A stretch of DNA of 64,000 nt from Longimicrobiales bacterium (GCA_963664435.2 CAXXKM010000001.1:384001-448000), one strand, 5' to 3'; shown: positions 51,313 through 61,436, counted from the first letter of the stretch. Made by a program: numbers and translations. Notes: a model not told the origin generated them from the letters alone.

Positions 51313-52743
51313 TTAGGGCTTCTCGGGCGAAGACATGTAAGGTTGGGTCGCGCTTTCCGGAGGGGGAGGCGTGAGCAGGCTCACCACCACCATCAGGAAC
51401 GCCGAGACGAGGAAGCCCGGCAGCACCGGGTCGATCGCGTCGGCCGGCCCCCACCCCTCCCAGGCGAGCGCGGTGGTCACCCCCCCGACCATGGCGGCCG
51501 CCGCCCCTTCCCGGGTCGCCCGCCGCCAGTAAACCCCGACCACGACCGGAATGAAGAAGCTCGATGCCATGAGGGCGGTGAAGAGCAGCACGATGAACTG
51601 GACCAGCTCGCCCTCCCCCACCCCGCTGAGGAGCAGCACGACCGGAATGGTCCCCACCACCAGAATGCCCGCCCGGTCGACCCACAGCCGCCGACCGGGC
51701 GGGGCGTCGGGACGGAACAACTGGTAGATGTCGACCGACAGCGCGGACCCCGCGACCAGCAGGAGCGAGTCCACGGTGGACATCATGGCCGCCGTGATCG
51801 CCGCCAGCAGGATCGCCCCCAGCGTTGCCGGGAGCACGGCGGTGGCGAGCATCGGCATGGCCAGGTCGCCGGTCGGCAGGTTGGGGAAGAGCACCACCGC
51901 CGCCAGCGAGAGCACGAAGACCAGCAGGTTCAGCGTGGTCACCGCGACGATGGTGAGCAGAATGCCGCGACGGATCGTGCGCATGTCGCGCATGGCGTAG
52001 AGCCGGATAAGCTTCTCGGGGGTCGCCACCCCGCCCAGCAGGAACGAGAGCCCCATGGTGAAGAGCAGCAGGGCGGGCATCGCCTCCCAGCTGAAGGTCA
52101 GCGGGTTGACCGCCTCGACATAGGTGAACAGCGGCTCGACCCCGCCCACCTGGCGGATTGCCAGCGGCACCGCGCAGATCGCGCCCAGCACCATGATGAT
52201 CAGCTGCAGCAGGTCCGTGTACACCACCGCGATCATGCCGCCGATCACCGTGTAGGCCAGCAGGATCGCGGTGAAGCCCACCATCCCCCAGCTCACCGGC
52301 ACGCCGAAGACGATGTTGGCGATCAGCCCGCCGGCCACGATCTGGGCCTGCACGTAGACCACCGTGGCGATGAGGATGATGAAGGCCGCGAGCGCGCGCA
52401 CGCCCTTCGAGTAGTAGCGCGTCTCGATGAAGGCGGGCAGGGTGAGCTGCTTTACGCGCGTGAACCGGGGCGCGAGCACCGCCGCCATGAACCAGTAGGC
52501 CAGCGGCAGGGCCAGGACGAGCCATCCGAACGACCACCCCGCCACGTACATCACCCCGATGGTGCCCACGAAGGTGCCGGCGCTGGTGTGTGTCGCGGCC
52601 ATGGTCGCCCCGCCCACCAGCCAGCCCAGCTTCCCCCCCGCGATCCAGTAGTCGGCTTCGCTCTTCGTCGCCCGCAGCGCGTACCACCCGATCGCGAACA
52701 CCACCACGAAGTAGAGCAGGAAGGTGGAGAGCTGGACGTTCAC
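51313..52743 (-). CDS. Sodium:solute symporter (SSS/PutP-like)
   Basis: DYWIAGG, SAGTFVG, YTVIGGMIAVVYTD, AAMMSTVDSLL; many TM segments. Confidence 0.92.
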   Translation of the reverse strand: MNVQLSTFLLYFVVVFAIGWYALRATKSEADYWIAGGKLGWLVGGATMAATHTSAGTFVGTIGVMYVAGWSFGWLVLALPLAYWFMAAVLAPRFTRVKQLTLPAFIETRYYSKGVRALAAFIILIATVVYVQAQIVAGGLIANIVFGVPVSWGMVGFTAILLAYTVIGGMIAVVYTDLLQLIIMVLGAICAVPLAIRQVGGVEPLFTYVEAVNPLTFSWEAMPALLLFTMGLSFLLGGVATPEKLIRLYAMRDMRTIRRGILLTIVAVTTLNLLVFVLSLAAVVLFPNLPTGDLAMPMLATAVLPATLGAILLAAITAAMMSTVDSLLLVAGSALSVDIYQLFRPDAPPGRRLWVDRAGILVVGTIPVVLLLSGVGEGELVQFIVLLFTALMASSFFIPVVVGVYWRRATREGAAAAMVGGVTTALAWEGWGPADAIDPVLPGFLVSAFLMVVVSLLTPPPPESATQPYMSSPEKP

Positions 52744-52813
52744 CGGTCGTCCTCCCTGCTCGGCCGGAGGGCCCTCGGACGCGCGAGGTCGCGGAAGGTG
52801 GCGTGCAGCACGT

Positions 52814-52933
52814 TCACCCGTCGTCCTCCCGCCGATCCTCGCGATACATCCAAACCAGGTACGCCACCACGATCAGCGCGGAGACCAGGAAGAGCCCCCA
52901 GAAGACGAAGCCCGCGTCCAGCGCCGCGCTCAC
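52814..52933 (-). CDS. 39-aa single-TM protein, probable SSS accessory subunit
   Basis: MSAALDAGFVFWGLFLVSALIVVAYLVWMYREDRREDDG; GTGA-coupled to the upstream gene; not in ORF track. Confidence 0.7.
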   Translation of the reverse strand: MSAALDAGFVFWGLFLVSALIVVAYLVWMYREDRREDDG

Positions 52934-53805
52934 CCGGCTCTCCTCACCAGGCGCAGCCCGGCCATCCCGCAGGCGATCACGGCGATCAGCACCAGCAGCT
53001 CGAGCACCCCCGGCAGCGACAGCCCGAGGCTCCCTTCGGGCCGCGCGCGCACCTGCACCACCGCCGGGAGCACCTGAAGGCTCGCCCGCGCCATCCCGGG
53101 GGTCGCGCCCCCGGACACCGTCACCGGGAAAATCTCGCGCGCCTCCATCCCCTCGGGGAGGGTCACCTCCGCCTGGAACATCCCCGGGCGCGCCTCCGCC
53201 GGCGCCCAGTCGACCGCGAGCATGGGAAGCACAATCCGTACGCCCCCGCCATCCTCGCGCACGGCACCTTCCACCCTGTAGCCCACATCCAGCGAGACCT
53301 GCCCCGACGCCGCGAGCGCGGCCGGCAGCTCGATCCCGCCTTCCAGCCGGGGCCCGCCGGCGCCCGGCATGCGCACCTGAAGGACTTCCCCGTCCACCTG
53401 CGCCGAGATCTCCTCCACATGCGCGGGAGCAAACAGCAGCAGCGTGAACGGGACGACGCGCGTCCCCGGCACCACCTGCAGCCGGTAGCTCATCGACACC
53501 ACAGCCGCTCCGGTCTCACGCGCATCCGCCGACACGTCCACCCGGATCACCTGGCCGGCCGCGGCGTCCCCCGCGGCCTCCTGGATATCCCCGGCGCCGA
53601 CCCATCCGAATATCGAACCGCCCGCGCCAGGCAGGGGCGCCGGCCCGTTAATGCCGGACGCCGCGTCCCATCCGAACATCGAACCGCCCGCGCCGGGCAG
53701 CGGCACCGGGCCCACGATGCCGGACGCCGCACCCCATCCAGGCATCGGACCGCCCGCGGCCAGCACGGTCAGCGCCGCCGCCGCCACAACCCCCCTCAGG
53801 GCCAC
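52930..53805 (-). CDS. Membrane-anchored hypothetical protein with a 22-aa tandem repeat
   Basis: GTG 53805 after GGGAGG; signal-like N-terminus, C-terminal TM LELLVLIAVIACGMAGL. Confidence 0.65.
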   Translation of the reverse strand: MALRGVVAAAALTVLAAGGPMPGWGAASGIVGPVPLPGAGGSMFGWDAASGINGPAPLPGAGGSIFGWVGAGDIQEAAGDAAAGQVIRVDVSADARETGAAVVSMSYRLQVVPGTRVVPFTLLLFAPAHVEEISAQVDGEVLQVRMPGAGGPRLEGGIELPAALAASGQVSLDVGYRVEGAVREDGGGVRIVLPMLAVDWAPAEARPGMFQAEVTLPEGMEAREIFPVTVSGGATPGMARASLQVLPAVVQVRARPEGSLGLSLPGVLELLVLIAVIACGMAGLRLVRRAG

Positions 53806-55025
53806 ACCTCCCTCAGCACCCGCAGCGTGTTGCCCCCCATCACCTTGCCGATGTCCTCGTCCGCATACCCCTCCCGAACCAGCCAGCGCAGGATGTTGTG
53901 TGACGCCTCCGTGGGGTTCTCCACCCCCTTCACGTACTCGACCTCGTCGAACGGCGGATTCGCTTTGGGGCCCTCCTTGGCCGCCGCCGACCGCGACTCC
54001 TTGATCGACAGGTTGGCCGCGTACGTGTGGTGCAGCCCCACATGGTCCCCGTAGACGGAATCCGGGCCGAAACTCACATGGTCGATGCCCACGAGCGCTT
54101 TCACATACTCGAAGTGCTCCATGAAGGCCTCGATCCCGTGCACCGTGTTGTTGCGGGTCAGGGTCGTGTGGGGCGCCGCCTCGATCCCGATCACGCCCCC
54201 CCTCGCGGCGCACGCCTCGAGCACGTCGTCGGGCGCCAGCCGGTTCGACTCCCAGAGGGCGCGCGCGCCGATGTGCGAGAGCACGATGGGATGTTCGCTC
54301 CACTCGATGGTGTCCAGGGTCGTCCGGTCGCCGCAGTGCGAGCAGTCGATCAGCATGCCCAGCTTGTTCATGCGCCCGACCGCGCGCCGCCCGAACATGG
54401 TCAGCCCGCCGTCCCCCGGCTCCTTCAGTCCCGACCCGAGCGCGTTGGCCTCGCTATAGGTGATCCCCAGCGCCCGCACCCCGAACCCGAACAACAGGTC
54501 GATGCGGTCGAGCTCGTTCTCGATCATGGCCGCGCCCTCCATCGACGCGATCCACGCCACCCTTCCCTCCCGGTGCGCCCGCAGAATGTCGCCCACCCCC
54601 AGGCAGTGGATGAGGAAGTCCTGGTGCGCCAGATCGCACAGCCGCATCCCGAAGTCGTGCAGCACGTCGTTCCACTTCCATCCCCCGTGCGACAGGATGG
54701 TGCAGATGCCGTCGAGCAGGTTGTCGAAGACCGCGTCCCAGCAGGAGTGCCTCAGGCCCTCGAACGCGGTCGCCATGCGCCCGGCGCGCACGTATGCCGG
54801 GGTCTCGCGCACGTCCCGCGGAAACACGCCCGCATGCTCGTGCAGTGAAATCATCACCAGCTCGGAAGCCAGCCTCCCGGCCCGCGCTTCGTCTTCCTGC
54901 GAGAGCGGCACCAGGTACGGCTCCACCCGCCCGACCTGCCGCGCCAGCTCGAAGGACTGGTAGTCGAGGCCGGGCTCGAGGTAGGAGAACGACTCGTATC
55001 CGTCGAAGGTCTTGTCTACGCCCAT
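53796..55025 (-). CDS. Membrane dipeptidase (peptidase M19, amidohydrolase fold)
   Basis: SLHEH, SMEGA, GLTMFGRRAV, IDCSH, VLSH, VGIDHVSFGPD, KVMGGN. Confidence 0.88.
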   Translation of the reverse strand: MGVDKTFDGYESFSYLEPGLDYQSFELARQVGRVEPYLVPLSQEDEARAGRLASELVMISLHEHAGVFPRDVRETPAYVRAGRMATAFEGLRHSCWDAVFDNLLDGICTILSHGGWKWNDVLHDFGMRLCDLAHQDFLIHCLGVGDILRAHREGRVAWIASMEGAAMIENELDRIDLLFGFGVRALGITYSEANALGSGLKEPGDGGLTMFGRRAVGRMNKLGMLIDCSHCGDRTTLDTIEWSEHPIVLSHIGARALWESNRLAPDDVLEACAARGGVIGIEAAPHTTLTRNNTVHGIEAFMEHFEYVKALVGIDHVSFGPDSVYGDHVGLHHTYAANLSIKESRSAAAKEGPKANPPFDEVEYVKGVENPTEASHNILRWLVREGYADEDIGKVMGGNTLRVLREVWP

Positions 55026-55218
55026 GAGCGCTCCCAGGGAGTTGGGTCGGAACAGTGGGTGTGATTCGTAGGGACCGTGTCCGCCGACGTCCGCGAGTCC
55101 GGCGGGACAGTAGTCGCGAGCCAACAACATGGAGCCTGCACGGACAACGGGCCAGCCGTTCCCGAAGGCGCGGCCAGCTATTGCGAACACCCTGCGCAGA
55201 GCGTATTTCAAGCGCGCA

Positions 55219-55862
55219 ATGCCGCGCGCCCACGGGCCGCCACTTCCCTCCCACCTCTGGAACCCCTCCGAAGTGACTCGCTGGACCCGCCTCTCCCGCG
55301 CCATCGACCGGGTCAACAACCGCATCGGGCGATGGACCTCGTGGTTGTGCCTGCTGATGGTACTCGTGACGGCCTACAACACCGCCGTCCGCTATCTCGG
55401 CGGCTACTTCGGCTTCAGGCTGAGTTCCAACCTCTATCTGGAACTCCAGTGGTACCTGTTCAGCCTCCTCTTCCTGCTCGCCGCCGCCTCGGCGCTCTGC
55501 AAGGGCGAGCACGTGCGCGTCGACATCCTCTACAGCCGACTGTCGGCGAAGGCCCGCGCCTGGATCGATCTCCTCGGCACCATCCTGCTGATGCTGCCCT
55601 TCTCCGCGGTGACGCTGTGGCTCTCCTGGCCCTCCGTCCGCAACTCCTGGGCGGTGCGGGAGATCTCGTCCGATCCCGGGGGCCTGCCCCGCTATCCGCT
55701 GAGAACCTTCATCCTCATCTGCTTCCTGCTCCTCATCGCCCAGGGCATCTCGGAAATCATCAAGAAGACCCGGGTGCTGCGCGGTCTGAAGATGGCGGGC
55801 GACGGGTCGCCTGAGAAGGACGAAGACGACCCCGGCAGCCGGATGCCCGGAGGCATCGCGTA

Positions 55863-55863
<1 letters not shown>
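55219..55863 (+). CDS. dctQ: TRAP transporter small permease
   Basis: ELQWYLFS, EHVRVDILY, SSDPGGLP; start uncertain (55129/55219/55273). Confidence 0.88.
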
Positions 55864-57185
<1,322 letters not shown>

Positions 57186-57317
57186 TTACTGTCGTCTACT
57201 GGTAATTACTGGTAATACTGACGCCGGCGGACTGCCCCTGCTCATTGCTGTCCGATGGATTGGGGCTGAGCTACAGGCGCCAAGCGACGTGGGCCTCAGT
57301 CTCGCGATTCAGATGAC

Positions 57318-57621
57318 GACCGTGAGGCTGTTCGTCAGCAACTGCGATACCAGCGCGAGTTTGCGGAGTCCGTCAAGGCATTGCTGCGGGATGGACCTCC
57401 CCAACACTGCCTACGAGGCTGGGAGGCGGGCTGCGATCAGGGATTCCGTTGCTGCGTGAGGACAGAGCACCTGTTCCCGCGGCGCCCGCTACGACGCCCT
57501 CCACGGGGAGTCATCTGAGCCCCGTGTCAGCGACCGCCAATTGATCGACGGAGCGTTGCGCGCGCTGACTGACATCCTCGAAGAGGCCACCCGCAGGGTA
57601 GCCAAACCTCGGGTCACGTGA
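57318..57621 (+). pseudogene. Decayed HEPN-like gene fragment
   Basis: FAESVKALLRDGPP...VRTEHLF then a shifted frame GARY...SDRQLIDGALRALTDILE*, resembling VRNNLFHG...RDxxL. Confidence 0.35.
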
Positions 57622-57784
57622 TTCGCGACGAGAAATCGTCTAAGTAGAACCAGGACTGCACGATATGCCGTTCTTGCCGTGACGCCGTGATCGGGCCTGT
57701 CGTCCTCGGATAGCGGGGCAATCGCCTCAAGTAGGGGGGATCCGATCCGGGCTTCACCTCCCGACCTCGGATTCACCATAGTTG

Positions 57785-57881
57785 GAAGCAAGAGGGGGCG
57801 GCGGCCTCTCACCGCGTGAGAGAACCGCCGCCCCAAGGCAACCGTTCAATCGGGTCGCTAAGGCAACCGCGCCGGTCGCAT
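57785..57881 (-). ncRNA. Candidate DUF3800-associated small RNA (three hairpins)
   Basis: Two repeated GCGACC-loop-GGUUGC-CUU hairpins plus a long terminal stem; G-U pairs form only on the minus strand; promoter immediately upstream. Confidence 0.65.
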
Positions 57882-57886
57882 GACTG

Positions 57887-57916
57887 AACTTATCGCTGGG
57901 TGCCGCAACCCGTCAA
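57887..57916 (-). promoter_or_regulatory. Sigma70-like promoter for the candidate sRNA
   Basis: TTGACG (57916-57911) - 18 nt - TAAGTT (57892-57887). Confidence 0.55.
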
Positions 57917-57929
57917 CTGGAGTCCGTGC

Positions 57930-58748
57930 ATGTACCTGCTCTACCTTGACGAGTCGGGAAACGAGAACGATCCGAGTAATCGCTATTTCGTGCTGGCTGG
58001 CTTGGCACTCTTCGAACGCCAGATACACCACCTGAATCAGCGCCTCGAGCGCGTGCAAGAGAAGCACTTTCCCAACCAGCAACCGATACCGTTCCACGCC
58101 TCAGCCATTCGAGCTGGCCGAAAATACTGGCGTAGCGTCAGCGAGGAAAAGCGCCAAGAAGTTCTGGATGACGTGATTTCCGCCATCACCGCGACTGATG
58201 ACTTCGGCGGCTTGAGGCTCTACGCCGCGGCAATCGAAAAGGACTCAGAACTCTACGGGGAGCACGCCGTCGAGGTTGCCACTGAACAGGTGTGCCAACG
58301 CTTCGACACCTTCCTGACAAGGCGCTACCGTGAACACGGCGATCCGCAACGCGGGCTGCTTATCTTCTCCGAAGGCCGATTCGATGCCCGCGCCAAGCTC
58401 TGGGTGAGGGAGTTTCGGCGCCGTGGAACCCAGTGGGGTTCGATCAACAACCTTGCCGATATTCCGTATTTCGCCCCGATGAAGGAATCACGATTGCTCC
58501 AGGCCGCCGACTTCATCGCACACGCGACTTGGCTGTTGTACGAGAGGCGCGACCACGCGTTGGTGCGACCGCTTCTGGGGCACTTTGATGTACACGGGGG
58601 CGTCATTCATGGCTTGGTCCACGTTGGTTCAAGTCGCGGCAGGTACTGCGACTGCCCACCCTGCGCGACTCGGCGAATACCCGGACACGTCGGTGCCTGG
58701 ATTCCCCAAGAGGAGCAGCTGGAACTCCCCGAGGACGACTCTGGATGA
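57930..58748 (+). CDS. DUF3800 domain protein (RNase H-like fold)
   Basis: MYLLYLDESG, FVLAG, FHA, LLQAADFIA, C-terminal H...CDCPPC; GGAG RBS. Confidence 0.85.
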   Translation: MYLLYLDESGNENDPSNRYFVLAGLALFERQIHHLNQRLERVQEKHFPNQQPIPFHASAIRAGRKYWRSVSEEKRQEVLDDVISAITATDDFGGLRLYAAAIEKDSELYGEHAVEVATEQVCQRFDTFLTRRYREHGDPQRGLLIFSEGRFDARAKLWVREFRRRGTQWGSINNLADIPYFAPMKESRLLQAADFIAHATWLLYERRDHALVRPLLGHFDVHGGVIHGLVHVGSSRGRYCDCPPCATRRIPGHVGAWIPQEEQLELPEDDSG

Positions 58749-58767
58749 ATGAGCGGGGTGCGAGACG

Positions 58768-59594
58768 ATGACAACGAAAGACGATACGGTGCGCTTTCTG
58801 TGCTTGCTTGACGAGCTGGAGACGTCGAGGGAGCTCCTCAGGTCGGGATTCGGACACCTCCAGGAAACAGACATGGGGAGCACGTTGTACCACCTGCCGC
58901 ATCAACTGCTGGCGAGCGGCTTCGAACGCTTGATGAAGTGCTACATCGCCGCTGTTCGCAAGGGCCGTGACGGGGGCTACCCCAACAGGGCCGCGATGAA
59001 GTCGCTCGGGCACGACCTAGAGAGCCTGCTAGAGACGATCTGCACGAAGCACTACGGCGGAACGCAGCGACCCCTGTTGCAACAAGACCTCGCGTTTGTC
59101 AGGACGGATCCCGTGCTGAACGATTGCGTGAGAATCCTGTCCTGTTCGGGAAGATAGGCCGTTACTACAACCTCGACGTTGTGGCGGGGGCGGGCCACAG
59201 GCCAATGGATCCCAGGGCTGAGTGGGAGGCGATGGAATCCCGTGTGGAGGACGACCCGATTCCGTATCTCGTCGATCCGGCGCGACTGCACCGCGACTAC
59301 TATCCGCGAGTGAACAGCGCCTCGGTCGAGATCCTCAGGATCAACGCCGATCAGTGGGTTAGGCGCTCCCACAAGGAGATCGCAGTGTCGAGCTGGCCGT
59401 CGCTTGCAGTCAGCAAGGCAGAGTTCGGTGACGAGTGGCCGTTTCGCGACGACCGGGTGACCGAGAGCCGAGGTCAGGTCAGCCGTCCGCAAGACGTCAA
59501 CTCCGCGCGGATCGCGACGCGTCAAGACCGCACCATCCCTGTGCTCCCGCCACCGTCGGATGCGACGGCATTAGGTTGTCGATGTCCACAGTGA
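58768..59594 (+). pseudogene. Frameshifted HEPN-like gene; 3' part possibly a different fragment
   Basis: GFERLMK...GHDL in one frame continues as LFGKIGRYYNLD in another; one added C at ~59142 gives ILSLFGK. Confidence 0.6.
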
Positions 59595-59628
59595 TCGACC
59601 GAACCCTGCCAAGCGCCACGGAGAACTC

Positions 59629-61080
59629 TTGTCTCAGGAACAGCGCCGACGCTCAACCGACGAAGATGCAGATCGCTTTGTCAACTTGGTGAACGGCTCC
59701 GGGTTCTGGAAGTCCATCGACTTACGCTTCTGTGCCGTCCGTTGCGGCTGTCGCTGGGTGAACCTGATGACCCGTGGCTTCCTGGACCACCGCCCCGCTC
59801 GGTCGGTTCCCGCGTTTTCTCCGGTTGAGCGGTCGGACTTCCGCGCCCGGCAGGCGGTCCTTCCGATTTCGGATCTGCCCGGCGTGGTGCGTGGGATCGT
59901 CAGCGGGGAGGCGGAGCTCGGGCGGTCGTCCGTACAATACGTTGGCGGGTCGCGTCAGCCGGAACTGGACGCGAGATACGCCTTCAGCGAGCTCTCCGGA
60001 TCGTATCGGAGTGCGGAGTACGATTCCTGGAGCTGTCACGTCCTCTTGGGCCACGGTGCTCCGATCTGGGAGGTAATGAGGCAGGCTGGCCACGGTCCGT
60101 TGGAACTCGACTGCATGATTCGCAGCGGGCCGAACGCCTACGACGGGCTGTCGGACCTGGTGCGAAGATTCTGCGCGCGCACCGGGGGACTGGAGATCCA
60201 GGGCAACGCTACCGTCTTCGAGTTGATCGCGCCGCTGGCCGTGCGTCTTGATCGCGAGAAAGCAGCCTCTTCGTCCGACCGCGTGAGCGTTGCCCTGCGG
60301 GCCGCTGCCGACGTCTTTGTCGAGAAGGCGGAGCTGATCTGGACCCTGGGCGCTACCGGAGAACCTCCCCGTCACCGATCGGCCAGGCTGGACGAGCGCG
60401 AATGGGCACGTGACGACGGTGCTCTCCGCTCGCGGCTGGACATTCCGATTCGGAAGAGTGACACGGTCGCCACGCTCTTCATTCTCATCGGAGGCCGGTG
60501 CGTGGACTGCGTGTCCATACGCTTGACCGGAGCGGGCTCCAACGTCCGGATGAGAAGCCACAACGTCGTGGACCCGGACCTTCGCCGTTTCCTTGAGCAT
60601 CTGCGGCCGAAAAGATCACACAAGGGGAAGGAGTTCGAGCAGGCCGTTGGTCTGTTGTTCCACTTCCTCGGCTTCCTTGTCGACCCGCTCTACGCGCAGA
60701 GCGGGCTGGGGGACGCCATCGACGGCTTGGCTCATGATCCGGCCTCTTCCGTCATCCTGGCCATCGAGTGCACGGTCGGCCCGCCGGACGGAAAGGCAAA
60801 ACTGGGCAAGCTCATCGCCCGGTCCGCGGACATGCGCACCAAACTTCCCGACATCGAAGTGATCCCGGTCCTTGCGACGGCAATTCCGCGTGCAGCGCTG
60901 TCGAAGGCCGAGGTGGAGAAAGCCGCGCGTGATGGCGTTGCCCTTCTCGCTCAAGAGGACCTTGATGACCTTTGGACGGCGGCTGAGACCGGAGAGACCA
61001 CAGCCCATGTGGTCCGCCGGTTACGGCACCAGCTAATGCAAGCAGAACTTCGGAGAGCCAGGGACCGAACGGGCCATTGA
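59629..61080 (+). CDS. Hypothetical protein with C-terminal restriction-endonuclease-like (PD-(D/E)XK/Mrr-like) domain
   Basis: KGKEFEQAVGLLFHFLGF...AIDGLA...LAIECT; 483-aa open frame; TTG start uncertain. Confidence 0.6.
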   Translation: MSQEQRRRSTDEDADRFVNLVNGSGFWKSIDLRFCAVRCGCRWVNLMTRGFLDHRPARSVPAFSPVERSDFRARQAVLPISDLPGVVRGIVSGEAELGRSSVQYVGGSRQPELDARYAFSELSGSYRSAEYDSWSCHVLLGHGAPIWEVMRQAGHGPLELDCMIRSGPNAYDGLSDLVRRFCARTGGLEIQGNATVFELIAPLAVRLDREKAASSSDRVSVALRAAADVFVEKAELIWTLGATGEPPRHRSARLDEREWARDDGALRSRLDIPIRKSDTVATLFILIGGRCVDCVSIRLTGAGSNVRMRSHNVVDPDLRRFLEHLRPKRSHKGKEFEQAVGLLFHFLGFLVDPLYAQSGLGDAIDGLAHDPASSVILAIECTVGPPDGKAKLGKLIARSADMRTKLPDIEVIPVLATAIPRAALSKAEVEKAARDGVALLAQEDLDDLWTAAETGETTAHVVRRLRHQLMQAELRRARDRTGH

Positions 61081-61436
61081 TCGCAAACCACGCCCACGGC
61101 GGCATCGTCTTGAGGGGTACTATCCGATCCGCTGACGCCCACGAGCGCGCCGCTCGCATCGCAATCTCCCGCCTTTCCTGCGGTTACGAACGGCGCTGGG
61201 CGAGGAAGGCGCAGAGGGAGCCGGCGACGGCCACGATCAGCTCGGCCTCTGTGGTGTTGACGGACCCGCTGGTCGCCGTGACAGCGAGCAGCGCCACGAA
61301 CGTCAGTGCGAAGCGAAACCTGATACCTGTCCTATCAGTTCCCGGCAGAGTAACCGCTTCCCAACCAGCCCCCAAGGCGACCCGGCATGCGCCACCCGAG
61401 CCGCGACTGGCGGAGAAGCTTCGCCCCCCCCCAGGG

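Larger units (their letters stand above)
57186..61436. other. Accessory (defence-like) island between dctM and dctP
   Basis: Visibly more A/T and atypical codon use; nuclease-like genes and gene fragments; no integrase or transposase seen. Confidence 0.7.

Noticed and set aside
57835..57879. CRISPR array interpretation of the repeated hairpins (also of the 11061 and 45125 repeats)
   Set aside because: Only 2-3 short units, no spacer-length unique sequences and no cas genes.
57489..58097. Minus-strand ORFs 57489-57836 and 57858-58097, and a leaderless MRPARLP peptide
   Set aside because: No motifs or RBS; they overlap the hairpins and DUF3800, which an RNA-structure reading explains better.
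61184..61375. 63-aa hydrophobic minus-strand ORF at the right island edge
   Set aside because: Weak start and no recognisable family; it may be a fragment but cannot be supported.
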